Shown here in pieces: positions 53,869 to 64,000 of a stretch of DNA of 64,000 bases. This DNA is from Mytilus trossulus (taxonomy: Eukaryota), in assembly GCF_036588685.1 (NCBI RefSeq), contig NC_086383.1, forward strand, positions 18,910,001-18,974,000. The letters are read 5' to 3'. Position 1 is the stretch's first letter. Each line of letters starts with the position of its first letter. The notes under the pieces were generated by a model that saw only the letters and a list, made by a program, of their open reading frames with translations, ran no database searches and had not been told where the DNA came from. The position numbers and the translations under genes were made by a program.

Positions 53869-54000
53869 CAGGGGAGGATCCAGCTATTTTATAAAGGGGG
53901 TTCCTAACCCAGGTAAAGGGGGGGGGGGGGTTAACCATATGCATTGATCGTCCAAAAAAGGGGGGTTCTAACCCCCCCCCCCCCCTTGGATCTGCCACAG
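53869..54000 (-). mobile_element. CAG-MITE, TSD GGGAT/GGGTT
   Basis: Reverse-oriented core; other reverse copies at about 12637-12776 and 53111-53283. Confidence 0.8.
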
Positions 54001-55192
54001 GGGTTGCATAAATAAACAAAACTTTCTTGGAACTTACCCAAGGTGTCCTTTCCTATCGGCATGAATACAAAAGAAATTTTATGAAATAATTTCCCTCTAG
54101 TTTGTACGTACTACAGTGCTCAGACAACAACCACTAACAGTTCATGTACTGTGTGACTGTATATCTAGAGGTACATGGTTAAACACCTACAAATATCTGT
54201 CAATCAAAATATACAGGTATTTGAGGAAAAAAGTTATGGATTCTCTACCTTTGAAAAAAGAAAAGATAAAATATGCTACTCACAGTAAAGATCGAATAGT
54301 TCTGTACTTTTGTGTCATAATTCACATCACAATAAATTGTAATATCCAACAAATACTTTTCTAAACACATAACCATGTGGTTTTACAATTATCCTAAACA
54401 TTTTTATGTATTCATGTCAAATGGCTAAAAATAGACATAAAACCATGTTGCTCCAGTAATGTTAAATCAGTCGGCAGTGTGTCAGTGGGCCAGTAGAGTT
54501 CATTGCCCTCAATTACAAAACATCAGGGAGAAATTTGATTGGCTGACTGGATGACAAAATTGGCAATATATCAAACAGTATTGACTTTTTTCCTGTGACA
54601 TCTGTATCAATAACTGAACAACCCTATGACTAGAAAATTAATTTAGAGAGTGTAAAAGGGGTAATATTTATCTATCACTGTTTTATTGAAAGTTATATAA
54701 TTATAAAACAGAGATGTGAATCGCCTGGTAGCTTGCAAGCTGCGATTTTAAATTAGAATATGAAAACCCCTCAGGATATCTAATAATGAAATGTAAAATA
54801 CGTTTTTATGTTACTGTTACTCCACTTTACAAAAAATAAATTGAACTGGACGGATTATCCTATAAATTCGTAATGCTTCATTTACCATAAATTTCACTGG
54901 GACATTTTCTCATAAATGTGTTATTCCTAAGTACATTCAACTTTTAAAGATGACTTGCAATGTTATGTATCTGCGTAACATATTTTGTCATTTTGGTCTT
55001 TTGTGGATAGTTGTCTCATTGGCAATCATACCACATCTTCTTTTTTTCTATTAATCATCTTTCCCTTAAATGTACAATAAAGAGACATAGATTCTGGGCA
55101 CCCTCTTTAGTGGAAAAAATTTGGTTGATTATTTAGGAATGACTGGAGCCTAAACCCCCTCTTTAGACAGTCAGTGCAAGGGTGACCCCCTT

Positions 55193-55342
55193 CAGGCGTG
55201 GATCCAGGGGGGGGGGGGTCCGGGGGTTGGAACCCCTTTTTTTGGGGCCGATCACTTCATTTGAATGGGGACATATAGTTGGAACCCCCCCTTTGTCCTG
55301 GGTTAGGAACCCCCCTTTTTAAAATGACTGGATCCGCCCCTG
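55193..55342 (+). mobile_element. CAG-MITE, TSD CCCTT, nested in a related element (about 55085-55378)
   Basis: TIR, exact 5-bp TSD; outer element ends TCTGGATCAGCCACTG. Confidence 0.85.
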
Positions 55343-55660
55343 CCCTTCCCCTGATAAAAATTTCTGGATCAGCCACTGGGGTCATTAGAACTGACATTTC
55401 AAAGGCCAGTTGAGGAAGTGAATTTCTTCAAGTCTTCTAAAATAACCTGCTTATCACAATACAATATACTACAAAAGTTTGTCAATAAAGATCTTTAGAA
55501 ATCACATTCACCTCACCACAGAGTTCATACTCACAACCTCAGAGCGAATATATATATAGTCGTTACTGTAGATAAACTTTTCTGACCACTCTGCCACCAA
55601 AGCTTCTTGGATAAACAAGATGTGAGGTACCCCGAAATAAGATAGAAATCTAAGTATAAC

Positions 55661-55814
55661 CAGTCTGCACCAAAAACTTATTCAACTACTGGTCCGAAGA
55701 CCAATATTCTGACATTTTTCTTATTGGTCCAAACAGAATTTTGCAAAAACTTACTAGTCCGTATTAAATTTTACTAGTCTGGGGCATTGGACTAGTGGCT
55801 AACCGTGCAGACTG
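55661..55814. mobile_element. hAT-like MITE
   Basis: CAGTCTGCAC / GTGCAGACTG TIR; TATAAC duplicated on both sides. Confidence 0.75.
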
Positions 55815-56229
55815 TATAACCAAAAGAAGTTTTCAACAATAGATGGGTGCCTTTAACATGTGATGTCTAAATAATCTGGTGTATTAAATAATTGTGAAAG
55901 CACCTTAAATATATATAATAACTAATTCTATAAGTACCAATTTTAAAATCTAATACAAAATACAGTTCTAATATATCAAATTACATGTACTTCTTGGATG
56001 TGTTACAAAATTATACAATTTCAGAGAGATCTTGAGATGTTTATCTAGGAAATAGTACTTGAAATATGAAGTCATTTCACAGGAAACTGTTTAAAAACAA
56101 TTCAAATTTGGTCAAATGAAGTACATACACTATATATACATGATATACATGATTTTTATTTACACTAGCATATATTGATATCGAAGTCTTATTCATTCAG
56201 TTCATGAAAATTATGAATAGAACTTGTGT

Positions 56230-56985
56230 TGTACTGGTTTTCTCATGTGTCACTTTTTTTATTGTAATGTTACATATATGAAATTGGTTTGGTATGACAT
56301 ATGTACATATTTGTAATGTAACATTTTTGTAATTTTTGTAATGTTACATATATATATGAAAATGTTTGTGTAATGCTACATTTGTAACTGAAGCTGTTTT
56401 AGGTTACTGTTTTTGCAATATGACATGTGTTATTGTTTTGCAATTTAACATGTATAACTTTTTATGCAATATGACATGTGTAACTTGTTTTTGTGATGTT
56501 ACATATGTAACTGTTTTTGTGATGTTACATATGTAACTGTTTTAGTTATATGACATGTGCAACTGTTTTTGTGATGTTACATAGGTAACTGTTTAAATGC
56601 AATATGACATGTGTAACTGTTTTTGTAATGTTACATGTATAATGTAGCTGTTTTTTAAATGTTACAATTGTGGAACTGTTTTTGCAATATAGCATGTGAC
56701 TATTTTAATGCAATATGACATGTGCAATTTTTTTTTTGTATTGTTACATTTATGTAACTGTTATTGTTAAATGACATATGCATGTGTAACTATTATCAGT
56801 GATGTATCCAGGGGGAAGGTTCCAGGGGTTGGAACCCCCTTTTTTTGGACAATCAATAATGCATTCAAATGGGGACATATTTTTGGATCCCCCCCTTTTA
56901 AAAATGGCTGGAGCTGCCCCTGTTTATGTGACTGATTTTGTTATATTACATACATGTGCATGTAACTGTTTTTAAAATATGACAT
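56230..56985. repeat. Degenerate TGTAAC/GTTACA-rich tandem array
   Basis: TGTAACTGTTTTTGTGATGTTACAT-like units. Confidence 0.8.
56797..56922 (+). mobile_element. CAG-MITE, TSD ATTAT/TTTAT
   Basis: Same core; further copies at about 20824-20972 and 30623-30730. Confidence 0.75.
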
Positions 56986-57174
56986 TTTTGAATGTTTTTC
57001 TATCTCACATTTTTTACTCTTTTTAGAAAATTTATTCAAAAACAGAACTGCAATGTGACTGATTTTATAAGGTAACATATGTCACATATTAAGCATACAT
57101 ATGTTAAGTATGTAACTGAGATTTAGTCTGAATAGATCAATATATGTTTACAGTGCAGGTAAAACATGCCATTA

Positions 57175-57382
57175 CTGTGGATTCATTTATTTTCGTTGGT
57201 ACCAATTTTCGTGGATTTAGAAAAACTTGCATATTCATGGATATTTAATTTCGTGGTTTTGCTGAAGTCTGCATTCAAACCTATAGAAAAATTATCATTC
57301 GTTGAATATTGAATTTCGTGGTTTGACTGTGCCCACGAAATCCACGAAAATTGGTATCCAACGAATAATAATGAATCCACAG
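57175..57382. mobile_element. TA-flanked CTGT...ACAG MITE, intact copy
   Basis: About 40-bp TIR CTGTGGATTCATT...CCAATTTTCGTGG; degenerate or interrupted copies near 18615-19030, 39365-39697, 44920-45120. Confidence 0.85.
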
Positions 57383-58500
57383 TAATTTACTTTCAATGAC
57401 ATGCTTGAAGTCTTATTTTCTGTCATTTTCATTAAAAACATGTGATGTGCATGGTGCAAATTAACTTTTTCTTATAATATTGATCTTTGCTTTATATATT
57501 TATATGTATTCTTCTCAACAGCTTTTTCTTTGGCTTTTTCTCAACACTTATTCTTCTCAGCTACGATCTGCTTTGACTCTTTCTCCTCAACACTTATTCT
57601 TCTCAGCGACTTTTTCTTCGGCTTTTTCTCAACACTAACATTTGCACTCGGGTTTACCCAAGCCATACATCCCTTAAATTCTACTTAACATGAATACATG
57701 TCAAAAATTGATTGAAATTAAACTAAACTAACAACCCACTAGACAAACTCAATAAATTTTTCTCAAGGGGCTAAAAACATCTAATAGGCAATATTTCCTA
57801 AAAGCATAAATTGCAGTCGAAAACTTAATTTTTTAACGATTTCCTATTTACCGCGGGTGATCGGTTCAATATTTGCCAATCTCAAGTGGCATTTAAGATA
57901 ATTCGCTATACATGGTCGTTAACAAGCAACTGGAAATCTATAGACAGGCCGTTTTTTTAAAGAAAATGGCAGGTATTGAGAAATACTACTATACATAATT
58001 GCCTAATAAAACATTGATTGTCCTTCGTACATGAGTGAATTCATGAATATAAAACATATCTTTTTTAACAGGGGACTTATAGATTGAGAGAATTTAAATA
58101 CTGTTCAGCATGGGTGCATTGATTGACATACAAGTTTTCATGTAATCTAAATTTCACTTGAGGTCTAATACAATTAAATTCTACTAAAAGAAGTCCTGCA
58201 TTGATTTCTGGGTTTTTTTTTAAAGGTAACTTCTATTGGCAGTACATTTCAAATATTTATATAACCATTGGATATAGATTGAAGTGTTTGTTAATTAAGA
58301 AAAATGTCTTGTCATATTAAAATTAAATAATATTTTTATTAAATCAGCTGTCACATAGTTTGAAATGAAATAGACATGAATACAACAATTCAATTTTTAT
58401 TTCAACACATGACCACAAGAAAATCTGGAGTTATGATTATTCTGTTCTCTGTGAGACTCAGAATCAACCAATCAAAGAGATAGATTTGGTGCTTCACACA

Positions 58501-58783
58501 AGTTTTGAAACACTTAAGGCCTTGCGGTCATAAAACTTTCTAGTATGATTTTTGTACTAAGACTCGAAAATCAACCAATCAAATTGCTGGATTTCATGTT
58601 TCGAGCATGATATTATGCCTTCAAGGCCTGGCCTTGAAGGCATAAAACTTTGCTCAGTGCTCGGAGCACAAAAATCATGCTTGAAACATGAAATCCAACA
58701 ATTTGATTGGTTGATTTTCGAGTCCGAGTACAAAAATCATGCTAGAAAGTTTTATGACCGCGAGGCCTTAAGTGTTTAAAACT
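58501..58783. repeat. Large palindrome: inverted dimer of a GGCC-ended MITE
   Basis: Units 58518-58628 and 58630-58767 in opposite orientation, joined by one T; flanks also inverted. Confidence 0.85.
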
Positions 58784-58914
58784 CTTGAAGCAATTTCTAC
58801 AGGCAATTTCAAAGAATTTTATGGTATGATGGGCCCTGCTGTCAAAGAGGTCTAAGCTGAGTCCAACTACCCTATAGTATAGTTGGAATTTAGAGTGTGG
58901 TAGGCAGCTTATAT

Positions 58915-59085
58915 TTACAATCTGGAGTGACAAGAATTGTCAATTTACTGACTGAAGGTCAGTGGTTCACTCAAGAACATTCAGACTAATCATTTACCGA
59001 ATAAAACAAAACTGCCACAAAAAACAGCACAAACGAGTACTGAAAGTGGCGTAAAACATCAATTAATCAATTAATCAATCAATCA
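58915..59085 (+). mobile_element. Degenerate V-type SINE 3' part
   Basis: GAAGGTCAGTGGTT ... TGAAAGTGGCGTAAAACATC followed by (AATC)n tail. Confidence 0.55.
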
Positions 59086-59136
59086 TCTCAAATCTGTCTG
59101 GTATCATAGATCTAATAAGTCCATTCATTTGTTTCC

Positions 59137-59246
59137 CATACCTGTAGCCAGGGGAGGTTTGGTCGACCCTCCCCCCTTTGAAAACAAATAAGCACTGTTA
59201 AAGTCAATGTCCCCCCCCCCCTTGAAAATTCCTGGCTACAGACCTG
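59137..59246. mobile_element. Related CA...TG MITE, TSD TTTCC
   Basis: CATACCTGTAGCCAGG / CCTGGCTACAGACCTG; exact 5-bp TSD; related to 11370-11485. Confidence 0.7.
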
Positions 59247-60377
59247 TTTCCATAAAGTCAATTTAAAAACATGGTAGAATTTTTATATGAGACCATACAA
59301 ATAACACAAATTCTTGGTAAATTACACAACTCTACATAAATCCACTTATATCATTTATCATTACATATATGCCAAACCCCTATTCTATGTTCTTTCCGTG
59401 TAATTTGAGTTTTCTGCGTAAGAGAGCTAGTAGGAATCAATTTTCTCATGTTTCAATACGTAATTGCAACAACAGATTAAGGTCTATGTATATAATGATT
59501 ACGGAGAGCACAACAACGGTGATACATAATCACTTCACCCACTGCCTTCTAAAAAGTTTTTAATGTTGTAGAGAAAACATTATGAAGCCAACAAAAGTTC
59601 ACATTTATAACTGCAATTTTATCATTTTAGACTAAAATGCGATTTCAAATTTTGTGATATTGAGAAAAATCCTGTTAAATTCATATAGAAAATTTCAGAT
59701 AATAATTATATATAACCCTGTCGCATTTTTCGCAATAATAAAAACATGGCAATAATTTCAGATTTTACAGTAATCACTTCTCCCACTGCCATCTAAAAAA
59801 TGAAGTTTGTGATGTTGTAGAGAAAACATCATGAGGCCAACAAGTGTTCACATGTGAATGTAAACATCAGCTATTGATTTTCTTGAAGAACTATCAAGGA
59901 CTTGCAGAAAATAAATACTGTTATCCAACAATTTAATCATCAACAGCAAGAGATGATGGATGTATTATAGAGAAATTGCTATCAGAGTGGAAATCACTCC
60001 TCTTCTTAGAAATATGTGTACTTGGCCTTCATGATTATAATCATTTTTTTATAATAAGACAGGGATACAGTCAATTTGTCTCTATGTACTCTTCTAAAAG
60101 CAATATTCTGAGTCATTCTTTAAAGAGGGATACATTCAGTACTAAATTATGTATCAAACTTAAATAATATCCTTAACCTTGAGGCAAATGAAGGCGTCTG
60201 ATTGGTTTGAACCAAACCATTTTAAAAGTATGATTTTATGGTGAAAGGGTTGTTTCATTTCTTAGTAATTCCTGCTAGAAATGTTAATGTCCCTCGTTAA
60301 TATAATCATTTTTTATAAGACAGTGATGTTTGATTTGTTCCAAGCAATAGGAAACATTTGATTGATCATTTTATTGT

Positions 60378-60456
60378 GAACTTGTTCTCGTCCTGAATAT
60401 GCCTGAAATATTTGCCACTGGACGTTAAGCAACCAACAATCAATCAATCAATCAAT
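60378..60456 (+). mobile_element. SINE 3' tail fragment
   Basis: GAAATATTTGCCACTGGACGTTAAGCAACCAAC plus (AATC)n; same tail near 50700 and 51047. Confidence 0.55.
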
Positions 60457-60573
60457 TGATCAGGAATCAAACCATCAACAGTTATTCCTTCTAAGTATTG
60501 CAGGAAAATAAAATATTATTTTTTAAAGATTTACCTATATAGCTAGCAAACTAAAAACTGAGCTGGATAAATG

Positions 60574-61076
60574 GATTATAAGTGTTGAAACCTAACTCGT
60601 CAATAAAAACAGCTCAAACATGTATGATTTTGGATAATTTCAAGCTTTGATAATTGAAATTCTTTAAAAAAATTCAATGTGGAAATATTTGCATTTGTTT
60701 TGGTATACACAGAGACTTTCATAATTACATTGACATGTTGGGAGTCATAAATTACAACAAATCATACAATTTTAACTTGTCACTAAGTCACATGACTTTC
60801 AGAGAGTACAATCACAATGAAATACTATATACATGTATAGTAGTATCTTCTGCTTGACTAATCATAGACAAGAGTCACTGATAAAATAACTCCATAATGT
60901 ACAATACAAATGTGTCCTTGAAAATTATAACGATAAGTATTTGTTGTTCAATGTTATTACATATAGTCTAAAGGTTGTTTAATTTTTATTTAAATCGTAT
61001 AATATATAAGCTTGAAATTGTCCAAAATCATAAATGCTTGAGCTGTTTTTATGACCAGGTTTCCACACTTATAATC
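60574..61076. mobile_element. Degenerate element with about 70-bp inverted arms
   Basis: GATTATAAGTGT...ATTTCAAGCTT vs AAGCTTGAAAT...ACACTTATAATC. Confidence 0.6.
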
Positions 61077-61086
61077 TATGAGGGGG

Positions 61087-61304
61087 AAACGATGATAGTC
61101 CATCGGACTGGGACGATAAATGGCCAACCCGTGTTAAGAGAGAGCCATATCTCTTGCATGTAAAAGACACTCTTGTAGAATTCGAAAAAAGAGTAGGCTA
61201 TTGCCGCTACAAGGCAGCACTCGCACCCGCAAAGTGGAAAGGGATTAATATAAGTTGCAAAACGTGTTTCCGAATTCACTATAAATAAATATGGTTAAAT
61301 TTAA
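61087..61304 (+). mobile_element. 5'-truncated Meta/MESC-type SINE
   Basis: TCCATCGGACTGGGACGATAAA...TGCATGTAAAGAC...GAAAAAAGAGTAGG resembles the MetaSINE central domain; exact 11-bp TSD CTATGAGGGGG (61076-61086, 61305-61315). Confidence 0.65.
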
Positions 61305-61490
61305 CTATGAGGGGGTCATATGTTTCACCCCAACACTCTATTCGAAAACCTAAAAAATACTGTTACTGACTATCAAATGCAAGATTCTGATTAAATGAAA
61401 AAGTCAAAATGTCATGGCTCCAAGTCAAACCTCCAGGCTACGGCCGTCTGCTGCAGAACTCAATTATCATCATCATAATTCCTCAAACTG

Positions 61491-61625
61491 CAGAGGGAGA
61501 GGGGTTCAGGGGATTGGAACCCCCCTTTTTTTGGACGATCGATGCATTTGAATAGTTGGAACCCCCATGCCACTTTATCCTGGGTTGGGAACCCTCCCTT
61601 TCTAAAATGGCTTGATCACCCCCTG
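61491..61625 (+). mobile_element. CAG-MITE, TSD AACTG/AACTA
   Basis: Same core. Confidence 0.75.
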
Positions 61626-61752
61626 AACTATGAACCATCTAAAACATTCTATAATAAACCTCCTTCAAAGTTTTATGTCTAACAATGTTTTGAGGGTCTC
61701 TCTTACAGCAGATGGTAATAACTAGTTATCTCCCTTTTTGAGTAAATCAAAG

Positions 61753-61880
61753 AATTATCTCCCATTTTGTGTAAATCAAGGAATTATCTCCCATTTTGTG
61801 TAAATCAAGGAATTATCTCCCATTTTGTGTAAATCAAGGAATTATCTCCCATTTTGTGTAAATCAAAGAATTATCTCCCT
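61753..61880. repeat. 29-bp minisatellite
   Basis: AATTATCTCCCATTTTGTGTAAATCAAGG, about 4.5 copies. Confidence 0.95.
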
Positions 61881-62835
61881 TTGGAGTTGTTCATTTCTCA
61901 TGATTCTTTAAACACTAAAAACTGTATGCAAGGTTATAAATGATAACAATGTGGAAATTGTAATCACAAATAATTCAAAACAAATAAAATATCCAAGTTT
62001 TAATGGAGTTGCTGCTTGACAAACACGGTTAAAGAAAATAAATTTAAAACAGTAACATTCAACCAATCAGGGAGATATCTCTTTCTTAACTATAAAGGGG
62101 GAAACAGGAAAATTTTAAATGCTTTTAGAAATCATTCAAATAACTTGTTCACCGGTCTTGAATATTTCAATTTAACTTTCAACCTATTTAAGTCGTGAGA
62201 TTTTTTGTGATAAAAACCATATTCTTATAAAAGATGAGCAACAATTTCAATTATCAAGTAAGGTTTCCCCACTGGATACCTCCTGCAATAATCCACAAAG
62301 GTAAAGACAGACAGATGATCCATGATTTCAAGTTAATATTAAAAAGAAGATGTGGTATGATTGCCTATGAGACAACTTACAGTCCACAAGAGACCAAAAT
62401 GATATAGAAATTAACAACTATAGGTCACTGTACGTCCTTCAACAATGAGCAAAGCCAATACCACTTCAGTTATCAAGTAAAGTTTCCCCACTGGATACCT
62501 CCTGCAGTAATCCACAGTGGTAAAGACAAGAGACATCATTAATTGATACCAGCTGATTTCCTCAATATTTCACAAAGTTAATGACAAAAAGCGATGAATT
62601 ACTGATCAAAGAGAAGTCATATAAATATTTGATTAGGACAATCATAATCTCTACAACAATAATAATCTCTAAAACAAAAGAAATTGTGTACTAACAACCA
62701 AATGAATAACCACATATTGGGTAAATATAGCAATTGTGGTTTGGGAAAAAAAATGGATGAGGTTATAATTACAGGGGCATGGGGGTTATTAATTTTTCAA
62801 AAATGACATTTGTTTTCAAAATATAATTTGTGTAC

Positions 62836-63026
62836 AATAAAATTGAGAATCGAAATGGGGAATTTGCCAAAGAGACAACACTCCAAACAAAGAGCAGCAA
62901 ACAGTCGAAGTCCTGCAAGTCCAATGGGTCTTCCAATACAGCGAGAAAATTCCGCACCCAAAGGCGTGCTTCAGCTGGCCCCTTAACAAAATGTGTACTA
63001 GTTCAGTGATAATGGACGTCATACTT
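62836..63026 (-). mobile_element. Family A-like variant C
   Basis: Matches 39562-39686 and 4868-4990 (AAAATTGAGAAT..AAATGGGGAAT; GCGAGAAAATTCCGCACC). Confidence 0.7.
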
Positions 63027-64000
63027 AGAATATTTAGTTTGTGTTAACAATTGTTTTAAGTTGTTCTACTAACCCTTGCTCTTAGCATTTTTCTCTTAAC
63101 ACAAAACTAACAAATCAAATAAGACCTTATGATCCATCATATACCAGATCTTCATAAAAAATTTATAAGAAGTCCAAAAGTCATATAATCACCACAGTAT
63201 GACAATGACAAGTTGATGTCAATAAGTTTTATACATTACATGTTAACATAAGTAATAGGTAAACTAATTATGAAAATGTTGTAGTTTCAAGGCCTAGGTG
63301 TACATCTCTTTATCTTACTGACATAAAAATTAACATGCATGCTTTTCTAGTAAAAAATATCCCTGCGGGTATCAAAAATTACTAACTTCTAGTTTCAAGG
63401 ACTTCCAAAAGTTGTCATGTAATTTTATGGTAGTTACGTTTACCGATTTTTTGAGTTCAGTGAACCGTCTGTTTTTCTTTTTACATACATTTATTGTACA
63501 TACCATAGTATATGTTGTATATATTATTATACATTTACATATTACTGATATAACTATTATACAAAATAAAAACATCTTTATTAAAGAATAAATTTAGACT
63601 AAAGAAAAGTAAAGCCTGTGTGTCTGAGCTAACTTCTTGAAATCAAAGAGCAGAATGCTCTGAGGGATACGATTGCCATAATTTTCATTGACACATGTAT
63701 AGCAGTTCTGCCAAATTTTCATTAAACAAATGCATGAGATTTGGCCAAAATTCAAAAGATCAAAGAGGAAAGAAATAGATCCAAGAATACTGTTGCAAAA
63801 AAAGCATGAACATGCGCGAGTCTCAAGCATTTTTGGCCGGTAACCCTGGTACAGCTGGATAGTATTATTCTCTAAACTAATTCAACTGCACATGCAAAAT
63901 GTAACAATCTGAATAGTCACTCAACTTAAAGAATAGCCAATCCCCGTTACAAGTGTATGAGCCATGTACTTATTGTGTTTTATCGAATTATAGTTATCCT

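Noticed and set aside
54038-54160. Minus-strand GG|GTAAGT donor as another first exon
   Set aside because: Donor motif only; no promoter or acceptor evidence.

Overview
AT-rich (roughly 30% GC by eye), repeat-dense eukaryotic DNA. The repeat families look like those of bivalves, most likely Mytilus (inference from family resemblance, not a database hit). No long ORF is real: the ORF track is mostly repeats. The only supportable coding sequence is a small minus-strand exon (921-1002) encoding a signal-peptide-like N-terminus, MICIIVFMIMWKSTNCFE; the rest of that gene lies left of the window. Candidate untranslated first exons (ending at 3794 and 25183) suggest much of the window is 5' intron or upstream regulatory DNA of this gene. 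The most notable content is three minimal type I hammerhead ribozymes (14862-14905 +, 38190-38233 +, 45626-45669 -) in two related retrozyme/Penelope-like repeat families, all with near-palindromic stem III. Also present: a high-copy CAG...CTG MITE family with 5-bp TSDs; Academ-, Kolobok-, Harbinger-, Sola- and Tc1/pogo-type non-autonomous elements, often nested; tRNA-headed V-type SINEs, a Meta-type SINE fragment and a Helentron-like HINE; many minisatellites, two with higher-order structure; a candidate recursive splice site; and a GGTCA/TGACC cluster.
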